From assembly GCF_049969415.1 (NCBI RefSeq), contig NZ_JBMFOX010000002.1, forward strand, positions 1 through 64,000: DNA of 64,000 nucleotides, given 5' to 3'. Both the position numbers and the translations under genes were made by a program. Positions 9,720 through 18,911 of this stretch are shown here, piece by piece. The notes beneath the pieces are model-generated. The model was not told the origin of the DNA. It saw only the letters and a program-made list of their open reading frames with translations, and made no database searches. The stretch comes from Candidatus Hadarchaeum sp. (GTDB lineage Archaea; Hadarchaeota; Hadarchaeia; Hadarchaeales; Hadarchaeaceae). Positions within the stretch are counted from its first letter, which is position 1. Every line of letters begins with the position of its first letter.

Positions 9720-10128
9720 CCTCTAGCTCAACGTCGCAAACCTTACCTTCCTGCATCGTAAACGCCTTTATCTCCGAGATCGCATCCTTGCTCATTCCTA
9801 TGATTACCCACACTAGGTGGCCCCAGAACTTCATGAACGCAGCGTCCCGGGCGCTGACGTAGGCATGGAGGTTGGGATGGGAGTGATAAACGCCGATGAG
9901 CTGCAGCCCGCGTTTTTCTGCGCCCCTATAGACTTCATAGACAAACTGCGGGTCCGCCTCGAAGGCTACTGGAGAGTCGAGCGTGTTCTTGGCCTTGACC
10001 ACCTCCCTGACATCAAACACCCCCTTTGCCGAAGTCCCGACTAACAGGCCGACGCACTCGTAAGGATAGGCCTCCCGCGCATGGGCCTCGATTTTTTTGA
10101 GATCCGATGATTTTATCTTTAGTTTCAT
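9697..10128 (-). CDS. JAMM/MPN+ (M67) metalloprotease
   Basis: YPYECVG and YHSHP..VS..D JAMM motif; start MKLKIK at 10128. Confidence 0.92.
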   Translation of the reverse strand: MKLKIKSSDLKKIEAHAREAYPYECVGLLVGTSAKGVFDVREVVKAKNTLDSPVAFEADPQFVYEVYRGAEKRGLQLIGVYHSHPNLHAYVSARDAAFMKFWGHLVWVIIGMSKDAISEIKAFTMQEGKVCDVELEVIETGPS

Positions 10129-10132
10129 CGTC

Positions 10133-10768
10133 TCACTCAGAAAGAACCCTGCCCACCTGTTCCAGCCAGAGACACATCTCGCAGTCCTCGCTCCGTGGAG
10201 GTGGCCTTTCCAGTTCCAAAATTTTCCTTGCCTTGGCCAGTACCGGCAGCACCCGGCTGGAATCGGTTTTCGCCGGGACCGCCGTGATTTTAAAAGGGAA
10301 GCAGCTCTCCGAGATATTTCCCGGCTCGGGCGTGAAATAGAGAAGGAAACCACCCATCACCGGCCCGTAGCCGTTGTGCTCGAGCAGATAGGCGTAGCCG
10401 TCGAGCTGCATCTGATAGTAGCGCGGTATCTCTCGCGGGGGTCGGCCGGTCTTGTAGTCGATAATGTGATAACCTTTATCCGGACTCTGCACCAGGGCGT
10501 CCAATTTTCCTCTCAAGGTGATGCCGCTAGCGGGGTCAGTCGCCGTTAGCGTTTTGTTGATATCCAAGAATTTGCCCTTGACCGGAAACCAGTTGGGCAG
10601 ATTGGATTTTCCGATGAACTGCTTCATGAAACCCTTGATCACCGAGTCCATCTGGCTGGTTATGCCGGCGACAATTGCCGGTGCCGGACCGATGCGCTCG
10701 GCCAGCCAGAAGCAGAGGGGGCAGTCGAGCACAGACTGGAGTTCGGTGACGCTGATTTCCGTTCTCAT
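10133..10768 (-). CDS. PD-(D/E)XK nuclease, RecB/Cas4-like
   Basis: GKLD..IIDYKTG..QLDGY; CPLC at N-terminus and CEMC at C-terminus. Confidence 0.85.
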   Translation of the reverse strand: MRTEISVTELQSVLDCPLCFWLAERIGPAPAIVAGITSQMDSVIKGFMKQFIGKSNLPNWFPVKGKFLDINKTLTATDPASGITLRGKLDALVQSPDKGYHIIDYKTGRPPREIPRYYQMQLDGYAYLLEHNGYGPVMGGFLLYFTPEPGNISESCFPFKITAVPAKTDSSRVLPVLAKARKILELERPPPRSEDCEMCLWLEQVGRVLSE

Positions 10769-10893
10769 TAAGATCATAGAACATTTTGGCGGTAGTGCTT
10801 AAAAATAAGGACAAGCCCGGGTTAAAATTGAGAAGTTTCCTTGTTTGAGGGCAGCTTGCCCTTTAAACGGATTTTGATCCATAATTTACTGAA

Positions 10894-11073
10894 GTGCCGA
10901 CATGCTCCGTCTGCGGCCGGAACTTTCCCGAGGAGAAGATGTGTTACTGCAGCGAATGTGGTAGGAGGTATTGTGAGGACTGCGCTGTTGAGGGGCCGTC
11001 GATGTTGGCGCTGGGCGTCTGACCCGACTGTGAGGAGAGCTGGCAGGCAGAAGATGATATGGACGAAGAATGA
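10894..11073 (+). pseudogene. Small Cys-rich RING-like zinc-finger ORF with in-frame TGA (pseudogene or recoded)
   Basis: Manual translation: MPTCSVCGRNFPEEKMCYCSECGRRYCEDCAVEGPSMLALGV*PDCEESWQAEDDMDEE; TGA at 11020-11022. Confidence 0.7.
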
Positions 11074-11269
11074 TTGAATTTTACTCCGAAATTTTTAATT
11101 TTTATTCGTGCATAAAGTGCTTTATTCCTTGATAGTCCTTCGGTAAAATTCTCCGGAAATTTTGGCCAATTAGGTTGTTTAGTTATTTTCTTATTCTGCT
11201 AGGGCGAAATGAGGCTCTGCACGCTTAAAGTTCGGCAGATTTTTGCAGGGCAATAGTATTCTTGACGGG

Positions 11270-12069
11270 TTAACTTCCTGAAGGCCTATCGGGAGGAAAA
11301 TCCCTGACCCGGTAAATTCCCTTCCCCAGGAACTCAATTATGCCTTGATCTCGCAGAATCTGCAACTGTTGACGGATTTTTGGCCGGACGTTTTTGTTGG
11401 CGGGATGAAGCCTGGCTAGCTTTTCCTCGAACGCGTAGATGTCAGCCAAGGTGAAAATCTCACGATTAAGGTTTCTTATTCCGGCGAGCACGTCTGACAG
11501 CCAGCCGCGGGAGCGGACTGGACGGTCCTTCAGAAAGATGAATCTTTTCCAGTTTTCTCTCACGATGATTTTAGGTATTTCAACTCCGTTTTCGATTATA
11601 AAAATTCTGGCGTCTGGAGGCAGGTTGTCCAACAAAATGTTGGAGCCGACCCAGCCGTGTCTTCTTGCCCTAGCGCTAAGGGGTTTTCTCTTTTCGATTA
11701 TTGATTCAGAAATGAAGTGTTTGGGTACAGCGAAGAGGTTGGAAATGACCAAGGCATTGGGATTATAGTGCAGAAATAAGTTCGGGATGGTCCCCGCGTA
11801 GATTGCCTTAATTTTGGGGTCATACGCCGAATTCATTACCCGTTGGCCAAAAGGATGGCTCTGGCTCTTCAGCTGGTAGATTCTTCACAACGGGGACAAA
11901 CAAAATCGATTACTCTTTTTCCCGCCGGTGTGGGTTGTAAATTTTCCGAAGGACAGGCGAGACAATACAGGTTTTCACCCGCCCAACTTTCAGTTAGTAT
12001 TTTAGCGCGTTGTGAGGGGCTTTTGTAACCCTTGACCAGATCAGATCTTAGTTCTAAGTTCAACCCCAT
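11270..12069 (-). pseudogene. DpnI-like (Dam-replacing family) methyl-directed restriction endonuclease, frameshifted
   Basis: YKSPSQRAKILTESW..YC..C..DFVC..C in one frame; YQLKS..RKPLS..ARRHGWVG..KIRQQLQILRD in another; shift near 11879. Confidence 0.88.
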
Positions 12070-12209
12070 CCCAAAATCAGTGAGCCAGCGGGATCTAAAG
12101 ATCTTTCGAGTTAGCTACATTATTATTTTTTTTCAAAATGTGGATTGTTGGGTTTTAATGCGGTTGAATCAGGTTGATATATTTTTTCCAGTCTCCAAAA
12201 TTTAGTTCG

Positions 12210-13877
12210 ATGTTGTTCCTAGCGCTGGCTGAGGTCTGTGAGAAAATTAGCGCCGCCGCCAAGCGCAGCGAGATGATCACACTGGTCACTGATTTCTTGA
12301 AAAGTTTGAGTCTCGCGGAGCTGGAGACGGCCTCCTGTATGCTCTTGGGCCGCCCCTTCCCGAACACGAGCCAGTTGCGATTGGATGTGAGCTGGGCAAC
12401 TCTCGTCGATATCATCCTTCGGATAACAGGTGCTGGCGGCAGCGAGTTAGCCGCTGCTTTCAGCCGGACCGGTGACATCGGTGCCGCGACGGAAATTCTC
12501 TTTGAGTCGCGAACTAAGCGCCAGCAGATCTTTGCGCTGAAACCTCTGCATATCGCGGAAGTGAATGAAGTGTTGAAAAAGGTTGCTAGCTTTAGTGGTC
12601 CCGGAGCGAGGAAGAAGAAGGAGCGGTTGCTCGAGGGGCTCTTGAATCGATGCAACCCGCTTGAGGCCAAGTACCTCGTCAAGATTGTCACGGGTGAGAT
12701 GCGCACCGGTTTTAAGGAGGGACTGATGGAGCTGGCCGTGGCTCGGGCCTTCCGGGTCCCCGTCGGCTTGGTGCGGAGGGCAGTGATGTTTGTGGGCGAT
12801 ATTGCGATCGTCGCCGGAATTGCAGCCAAGTCCGGTGAGGATGGTCTGAAAATAGTTGGCCCAACCCCGATGAGACCCATCAGCCCTATGCTTGCCCAAG
12901 TCGCCCGAGATATCGATGAAGCGATTGAGATACACGGAGGAACCACAATCCTTGAGTACAAGCTCGATGGTGCCAGGGTCCAAGTGCACAAGCGGGAAAA
13001 TGAGGTCAGAATATTCAGCCGCCGCGTGAGCGATGTAACCGGCAGCCTTCCGGAGATAAAAAATCTGGTCCATCGGGAGCTTCAAGCCACCGAGGCAATT
13101 GTGGAAGGAGAGGTCATCGCGGTGGCCAAAGATGGCTATCCACTACCGTTCCAATCGCTGTTGCAACGCTTCAGGCGAGAAAGGGAAGTGGAGAAGATGT
13201 CTAGAGAGATTCCGGTCAGGCTGTATCTTTTTGACTTGCTCTACCTCGACGGACTAAGCTTCGTGGACCAGCCCTGCGAGGAGCGCCGGAGGAGGTTGAG
13301 AGAGATAGCCGGCAACATCGAACTGACCGAGCAGCTGAGAACTTCCAGAGCAGATCTGGGTAAGGATTTCTTGGTGCGGGCCTTGAGGGCAGGGCATGAG
13401 GGGCTGATGGCAAAGAAACCGGGCAGTCAGTATGTCCCCGGCGTTAGGGGAAAGCTCTGGCTCAAGATAAAACCCATTCTTGAACCCCTTGATCTTGTGG
13501 TAGTTGGCGCTGAGTTTGGTTACGGGAGAAGACATCAGTGGCTCTCCGATTACTACTTGGCAGCGCGTGATGAGAACACTGGAAATTTTGAGATCGTTGG
13601 AAAGACCTTCAAAGGTCTGAGCGACGATGAGATCAAGGAAATGACCCGGGAATTGCAGAATCTTGTGGTCAGGCTGGAAGGGAGGAGGGTCTGGGTTCTG
13701 CCGAGGATAGTAGTTGAGATCGCCTACAATGAGATACAGCGCAGCTCCAAGTATCCCTGCGGCATGGCGCTTCGGTTTGCTAGGATAATTAGGCTGCGCC
13801 CTGACAAGTCGCCCATGGAAGCCGACACCATTCAAAGAGTTCAAGAAATTTTTGAGAAGCAGGTCAAGAGAATTTAG
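12210..13877 (+). CDS. lig: ATP-dependent DNA ligase
   Basis: EYKLDG, EGE, FDLLY, EGLMAK, WLKIK, LRFAR..RPDK. Confidence 0.96.
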   Translation: MLFLALAEVCEKISAAAKRSEMITLVTDFLKSLSLAELETASCMLLGRPFPNTSQLRLDVSWATLVDIILRITGAGGSELAAAFSRTGDIGAATEILFESRTKRQQIFALKPLHIAEVNEVLKKVASFSGPGARKKKERLLEGLLNRCNPLEAKYLVKIVTGEMRTGFKEGLMELAVARAFRVPVGLVRRAVMFVGDIAIVAGIAAKSGEDGLKIVGPTPMRPISPMLAQVARDIDEAIEIHGGTTILEYKLDGARVQVHKRENEVRIFSRRVSDVTGSLPEIKNLVHRELQATEAIVEGEVIAVAKDGYPLPFQSLLQRFRREREVEKMSREIPVRLYLFDLLYLDGLSFVDQPCEERRRRLREIAGNIELTEQLRTSRADLGKDFLVRALRAGHEGLMAKKPGSQYVPGVRGKLWLKIKPILEPLDLVVVGAEFGYGRRHQWLSDYYLAARDENTGNFEIVGKTFKGLSDDEIKEMTRELQNLVVRLEGRRVWVLPRIVVEIAYNEIQRSSKYPCGMALRFARIIRLRPDKSPMEADTIQRVQEIFEKQVKRI

Positions 13878-13880
13878 GCC

Positions 13881-14651
13881 TCATGGTTTCTTTTCGTTTT
13901 GTCTTGCCAAGATTTTCACGGCGCCAATGGCAACTTTTATCGCATTCTCGACCGCAGGCAGGGGGCGGACAACTTTTCCCACTGGACCGATTATCGCCAG
14001 CACGCCGCCGCTGCGCCACCCGTTTACTCCGGCTACGGTGAAAATAGTTGCACATTCCATCTCGGTCGCTATCACCCTCGCGCGTCGCCAGAGCCCCCAG
14101 AGCTCCTCCGCTTGTTTGGACAGAGGGACACGACCGGGCTCCTCTGCATAAAATGCGTCCTTGGAGACCACCACCCCTAGGCGATATCTTACCCCCAGTT
14201 CCTTCGCCGAGGCAACCAGAGCGTTGGTGACCTCAAGGTCCGCCACTGCAGGATAGCTGAGAGGTACATACTGCTGAGAAGTCCCCTCCTCCCTGACGGC
14301 GGCTTGGGCGATGACGATATCTCCCACCTTCACATTTTTGCCTAGAGCTCCAGCTGTACCGACCCTGATGAATGTGTCCGCTCCGCATTTAGCCAGTTCT
14401 TCGACGGCGATGGCAGCCGAGGGGCCACCGATTCCCGTCGATGTCACGCTGGTGGGTGTTTCGTCGACTTTGCCGGTGAAGGTGCGGAATTCCCGGTTGT
14501 AGGCAATTTCTTTGGTCTCATCAAAATGCTTTGCAATCAACTCCGCCCTTGCTGGGTCGCCAGGGAGCAGAACGTACCGAGCCACCTCTCCTGGTCCGAC
14601 GCCGATGTGATATTCCTTTCCACTCATCAAGCGTTTCTGCATCTGAACCAC
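13881..14651 (-). CDS. udp: Uridine / nucleoside phosphorylase
   Basis: LPGDPAR, NREF, STGIGGPS, IRVGT, EMEC. Confidence 0.88.
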   Translation of the reverse strand: MVQMQKRLMSGKEYHIGVGPGEVARYVLLPGDPARAELIAKHFDETKEIAYNREFRTFTGKVDETPTSVTSTGIGGPSAAIAVEELAKCGADTFIRVGTAGALGKNVKVGDIVIAQAAVREEGTSQQYVPLSYPAVADLEVTNALVASAKELGVRYRLGVVVSKDAFYAEEPGRVPLSKQAEELWGLWRRARVIATEMECATIFTVAGVNGWRSGGVLAIIGPVGKVVRPLPAVENAIKVAIGAVKILARQNEKKP

Positions 14652-14693
14652 TTTTACATTACTCAGCCAGATTTAAAGCGCCTGATTGTCAGT

Positions 14694-15545
14694 TCAGACG
14701 GCGGCCAGAATCACCCCGAGCAAGACAACTATCATCCCCACGGCGGCCCTGAGATACGGTTTCTCCCCAATGATGAGGATGCTGAGAAGGAAACCAAAAG
14801 GAATGACGGCGGAGGAAAAAGGCGACAGAGAACTCACCTTCTCCACCTCTAAGGCGAACATGAAAAGAAAGGTGGCCAAATGGCTGAAAAAAGTTGAAGC
14901 AAGGGTGAGCGCTAGGATGTTTTTACTTAGTTTCTGGCCTTTCCATGATCTCTTGAGCAGGGAAATTAAGTTGAGTAGCGCCGCCGCTGCAACCACCGAG
15001 ATCCAGATAAACGCGAGGACATTTATCTCCAAGTTGATTGCCATTTTTCTCAGCACGAGGTCCAGACCCCAGAGAATCGCCGATACCATTGATAGCGGCA
15101 CCGCGAAGCGCCACTGGTCGGTCTCCTTTTCCCTCGGCATGAAAAGGAGAGACCCGCCGACGACAAGTGCTAGGGAAAGCGGCAGCAGCGGGTTGATTTC
15201 TTCACCAATTAGGAAAATGGCGAACAGAGCGGTCCAGACCGGGGAGGCGTTGCCGATGGTGATGACCTTGTGCGCCGGAGCGCGCTTCATACAGTAAAAT
15301 AGTATCAGGAGAGCAACCGCAAGCCCAAACAGTCCAGCAGTTACGGCGAGGAGCGTCGGCCAAGTGCCAGCGGTTTTTGGCCTTAGCAGTAAAAAGACAG
15401 GAAGCAGTGCCAACGCCACCGAGGAAAAACGGATGGCGCTGAAGGTTATCGGGTCTAACTCCTTCATGACCAGCTTGCCCAGAACCTGTCCCATCGCCCA
15501 GAAGAAGGCAGCCGCCAACGCCAAGGTGATCGGTATGAGCTCCGT
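14694..15545 (-). CDS. EamA/DMT family transporter (start ACG 15545 or TTG 15524)
   Basis: About 10 TM helices in two repeats, each ending with a GE motif. Confidence 0.85.
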   Translation of the reverse strand, partial: TELIPITLALAAAFFWAMGQVLGKLVMKELDPITFSAIRFSSVALALLPVFLLLRPKTAGTWPTLLAVTAGLFGLAVALLILFYCMKRAPAHKVITIGNASPVWTALFAIFLIGEEINPLLPLSLALVVGGSLLFMPREKETDQWRFAVPLSMVSAILWGLDLVLRKMAINLEINVLAFIWISVVAAAALLNLISLLKRSWKGQKLSKNILALTLASTFFSHLATFLFMFALEVEKVSSLSPFSSAVIPFGFLLSILIIGEKPYLRAAVGMIVVLLGVILAAV

Positions 15546-15756
15546 AGTCCCAACAACCTAGTAGCTGATGAAAGTAAAAAAAGATTATTACAGCCAACGG
15601 GCGTTGTCAACTGTCTTAAATTTCATTTGACAAAAAATCTGCCGGAAATCATTAGCCAGATTTGCGGATGTACGGCTGATTTAGGTTAAAAAGTTTTATT
15701 TTTCCATCGTTTTCCCGTTCAACTCGGCCAGCCTTACCACTATGCCAAGCAACCGT

Positions 15757-16134
15757 TCACTTGCCTTCTTCGGCAAAACGTTCGTACCAGCCAGCGATTA
15801 TTTGCTCGGCAGGTTTCTCCCTCAAACGTATCATCTCAAAGTCTCTATCTTCACTAGCAACCTCAAATTAATAATACCCCTTCGAATCCGTGGTTGCTAG
15901 TAGCCCGGACAGCCCGCCCAACCGAGTAGTGACTTCAGATGGGGTATTACCGGCGCTGTCCTCAATATAACCGATTACTTTTGTTTTTGGGTTGTTGGCG
16001 GTGTGGTCGATGAGGGAGTGGACTGAGTCGGTTGGAAAGGGGTTTGAGTCGGCGAGTTGGAACACAGCCCGACATCAAAAATGGTCAATACCTACAACAA
16101 CAACGATGCCCACAATCGCGAGCGTTAAAACCAT
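15757..16134 (-). pseudogene. Degraded secreted-protein gene, carboxypeptidase-regulatory-like domain remnant
   Basis: One frame reads MVLTLAIVGIVVVVG..*..VIGYIEDSAG..ATTDSKGYY*FEV..*; stops at 16077, 15870 and 15759. Confidence 0.45.
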
Positions 16135-16266
16135 CTTTAAGTTTATCCTTTCACCAGCATCTGATGATCAACTTTTGGCTTTACTCTTTATAAGTCTTGT
16201 TTGAATTTGCTAAAAAGATAAACGTATTTAGCAGGTGTTGGTAATTTTAGCTTGGGTTTGGATTTT

Positions 16267-16674
16267 ATGCCGCAAGAAGCTGGAACACTGCCACCGCCTC
16301 CTCCGGCTTCCGCGCCCTCGAAGAACTTCGTGACCATCGTCATCGGCCTGTCCTTGGTTGCCATTGGCGCCATATTGATCAACCACGGCATGAATGCGGT
16401 GCAGACCGAGATTGCGCTGATAGTTGGTGTGGGGCTGATAGCGGCCGGCGGACTCTTGGTTTTCGCGGGCGCCAGCCGCGTGTGTCAGCGAGCCTGGGTC
16501 AACCTAGGCATGCTCATCGTTGGGATATGCCTTCTGGTCGCTAGCGGGACGCAGCTTTCCTCCAACTGGAGCAAGGCAGTATACGGCATTGTTTTGACCG
16601 TCGTGGGCATCGCCATGATAGTGGCCGGAGTCGAAATCGCGAAAAACGGCTGGGAAAAATACGCGAAAAAGTAG
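16267..16674 (+). CDS. Hypothetical 4-TM membrane protein
   Basis: Pro-rich N-terminus and four hydrophobic segments. Confidence 0.7.
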   Translation: MPQEAGTLPPPPPASAPSKNFVTIVIGLSLVAIGAILINHGMNAVQTEIALIVGVGLIAAGGLLVFAGASRVCQRAWVNLGMLIVGICLLVASGTQLSSNWSKAVYGIVLTVVGIAMIVAGVEIAKNGWEKYAKK

Positions 16675-16762
16675 ATTTGTGGCCTAGTTTGTCCAAAAGT
16701 TGACAATGTTTTTATTATAAAACCTGCGTAGCCTGAATCTTCCAGATAAAAACTTAAATATA

Positions 16763-17974
16763 ATGTTTATACCAAGTAATGAAAAGGTGGTGGGTCTGAA
16801 AATATCCTTTAGAGTGCCGGTGATTTTGGTATCGGCGCTAATTCTTATCCTAGCTTTAAGCTCAACATCCGTTGCTACCTCAGAAGGGGTTAAGATCACA
16901 ACATCTTTCCCTAGGATCGAGGTCAATCCTGGCCAGAACATCCAACTGACGGTGAACGTAAACAATCTCAGCGCTGATTATCAGACGCTCAGCCTGCAGG
17001 TCGCGGCTCCGGAGGGTTGGCAGGCGAACTTGAAGAGTGGCGGTTACTTGGTCAAGATGGTTACATTAGCGCCTTTTGAAAATCAACCCATCTCTCTTAC
17101 GATAACCCAGCCCACAGGGGTGAGCCTTGGTTCCTACACAGTGGTGATTAATGCGTTGGATAGTTCGGGCAACATAATCGATTCGCTGAGCATCGTAGTT
17201 GATGTAGCCGAGGTTTCACCGCTGGGCCTTACCCTCAGCACCACCAGCCCATCTATCGAGGGGCCGGCGGGGAAGAGCTTTCAGTTCTCGGTTGATCTGG
17301 TGAATGAAACCGGGGAGGAGCGGGACATCGACCTCTCCTACATTGCACCGGCCAACTGGACCGTTACCTTTTCTCCTGGGTATGAGTCGACGCTTATACG
17401 CACGATTCACATGAAAGCCGGGGCGAGACAGACCTTGAGGATAACCGTTACTCCGGCGTCGACCGCCGATGCGGGTGAGTATCCAATCACGGTTTTGGCA
17501 ACGTCGGGCGCCTACAGTCAGTCCTTGGATCTAAAGGCGATAATTACCGGAACTTACACCATGGACCTGTCCACCTCTGATGGTCTCTTGAATCTGAGCG
17601 CTCCGCAGGGGGAGGTTAGCACCGTTACCCTAGTGGTCAGCAACACGGGCTCGGGGACGCTGGAGAAGATGGGCTTTAGGTCCAGCGGCCCCAGCGGCTG
17701 GGAGATAAAGTTCGATCCCGATCAGATTTCGTCTATTCTTCCCGGCTCCTCGGCTCAGGTGGTGGTGAGCATAAAGCCTCCCGCTGACGCGATACCTGGT
17801 GACTACAGCCTCCGGATTACCGCATCCACCAGCGGCAGCAACTCGGTCTCCAAAACCATTGAACTCAGGGTCACCGTTTTGGGCTCGATAGTCTGGGGAA
17901 TCGTGGGTTTGGTCATAATCATCATCGTCGTGTTGGGGTTGGTCTTCATATTCTGGCGCTTGGGCAGAAGGTAG
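16763..17974 (+). CDS. NEW3-repeat (COG1470-like) surface protein; probable CTG start at 16796
   Basis: Signal peptide, three Ig-like repeats (P.GW..G.Y.I.V.A), C-terminal TM followed by RR. Confidence 0.85.
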   Translation: MFIPSNEKVVGLKISFRVPVILVSALILILALSSTSVATSEGVKITTSFPRIEVNPGQNIQLTVNVNNLSADYQTLSLQVAAPEGWQANLKSGGYLVKMVTLAPFENQPISLTITQPTGVSLGSYTVVINALDSSGNIIDSLSIVVDVAEVSPLGLTLSTTSPSIEGPAGKSFQFSVDLVNETGEERDIDLSYIAPANWTVTFSPGYESTLIRTIHMKAGARQTLRITVTPASTADAGEYPITVLATSGAYSQSLDLKAIITGTYTMDLSTSDGLLNLSAPQGEVSTVTLVVSNTGSGTLEKMGFRSSGPSGWEIKFDPDQISSILPGSSAQVVVSIKPPADAIPGDYSLRITASTSGSNSVSKTIELRVTVLGSIVWGIVGLVIIIIVVLGLVFIFWRLGRR

Positions 17975-17978
17975 TCAT

Positions 17979-18911
17979 ATGGACCAGACCTTGGCCATAG
18001 AGACCCACGACCTGACCAAGAGGTACAATGACTTTGTCGCGGTTGACCGGTTGAACCTGTCGATTAGAGCAGGTGAACTCTTCGGGCTGTTGGGACCCAA
18101 CGGGGCCGGCAAGACCACAACCGTGCTGATGCTGCTGGGACTCACCGAGCCGTCGGCCGGGACCTGCCGGGTCTTCGCTCACGACCCGTTCAGGGAACCG
18201 CTGAAGGTCAAGAGCATCACTGGTTATCTGGCCGAGAGGACGGGCCTCTACGAGGATTTGACTCCGGAACAGAATCTAAGGTACATCACCAAGCTGAACC
18301 GGATACCGGAGGAGGAAGCGCGCAAGCGCATCCAGGAAGCCTTGACAAGCGTTGGGGCCACCGGTTATGCTGATGTCAAAGTGGGGAAGCTGTCTCGTGG
18401 GATGAGGCAGAGGGTGGGCATCGCGGGGGTGCTGGTCAAGAAACCTAAGGTGGCCATCTTCGACGAGCCGACCCAGGGGCTCGACCCGGAGGGGAAAAAT
18501 GAGTTGCTTGAGTTAATGAAGCGCATCAGCAAGGAGGGGGGGACAACCGTGCTTCTGCTCTCCCACATGCTCGCGGATGTCCAGCACACCTGTGACCGCA
18601 TCGGTATAATGCTTAGAGGCAAAATGTTTGCGCTTGGCACCATCGAGGAGCTGAGGACGATGACTAAGGAGGACTGGGTGATCGACATCGAGGCCGACGA
18701 CATCCCTCCGAAGCTCGTCCACGACCTGTCCTCGCTGCACGGCGTAAAGGGTGTCGATCGGTCTGGCAAGGTTATCACGGTCAGGTCGGAGAAGGACATT
18801 AGGCAGGCCATCATGGAGGTCTTTCTAAGCAACAGGGCTGTTCCCATCAGTCTGCGGGCGCGGGAGAGGTCTCTTGAGGAGATTTATCTGGGTTATCTGG
18901 GGGAGAGATGA
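17979..18911 (+). CDS. ABC transporter ATP-binding protein
   Basis: GPNGAGKTT, LSRGMRQR, FDEPT. Confidence 0.93.
   Translation: MDQTLAIETHDLTKRYNDFVAVDRLNLSIRAGELFGLLGPNGAGKTTTVLMLLGLTEPSAGTCRVFAHDPFREPLKVKSITGYLAERTGLYEDLTPEQNLRYITKLNRIPEEEARKRIQEALTSVGATGYADVKVGKLSRGMRQRVGIAGVLVKKPKVAIFDEPTQGLDPEGKNELLELMKRISKEGGTTVLLLSHMLADVQHTCDRIGIMLRGKMFALGTIEELRTMTKEDWVIDIEADDIPPKLVHDLSSLHGVKGVDRSGKVITVRSEKDIRQAIMEVFLSNRAVPISLRARERSLEEIYLGYLGER

Noticed and set aside
10129-10353. N-terminal extension of the JAMM ORF
   Set aside because: Lies out of frame inside the nuclease gene; the JAMM domain starts at ATG 10128
10133-10768. Cas4-like gene as a sign of a CRISPR locus
   Set aside because: No repeat-spacer array or other cas genes seen in the window
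10841-11077. 78-aa ORF from the track
   Set aside because: No motifs; the overlapping frame encodes a far more convincing zinc finger
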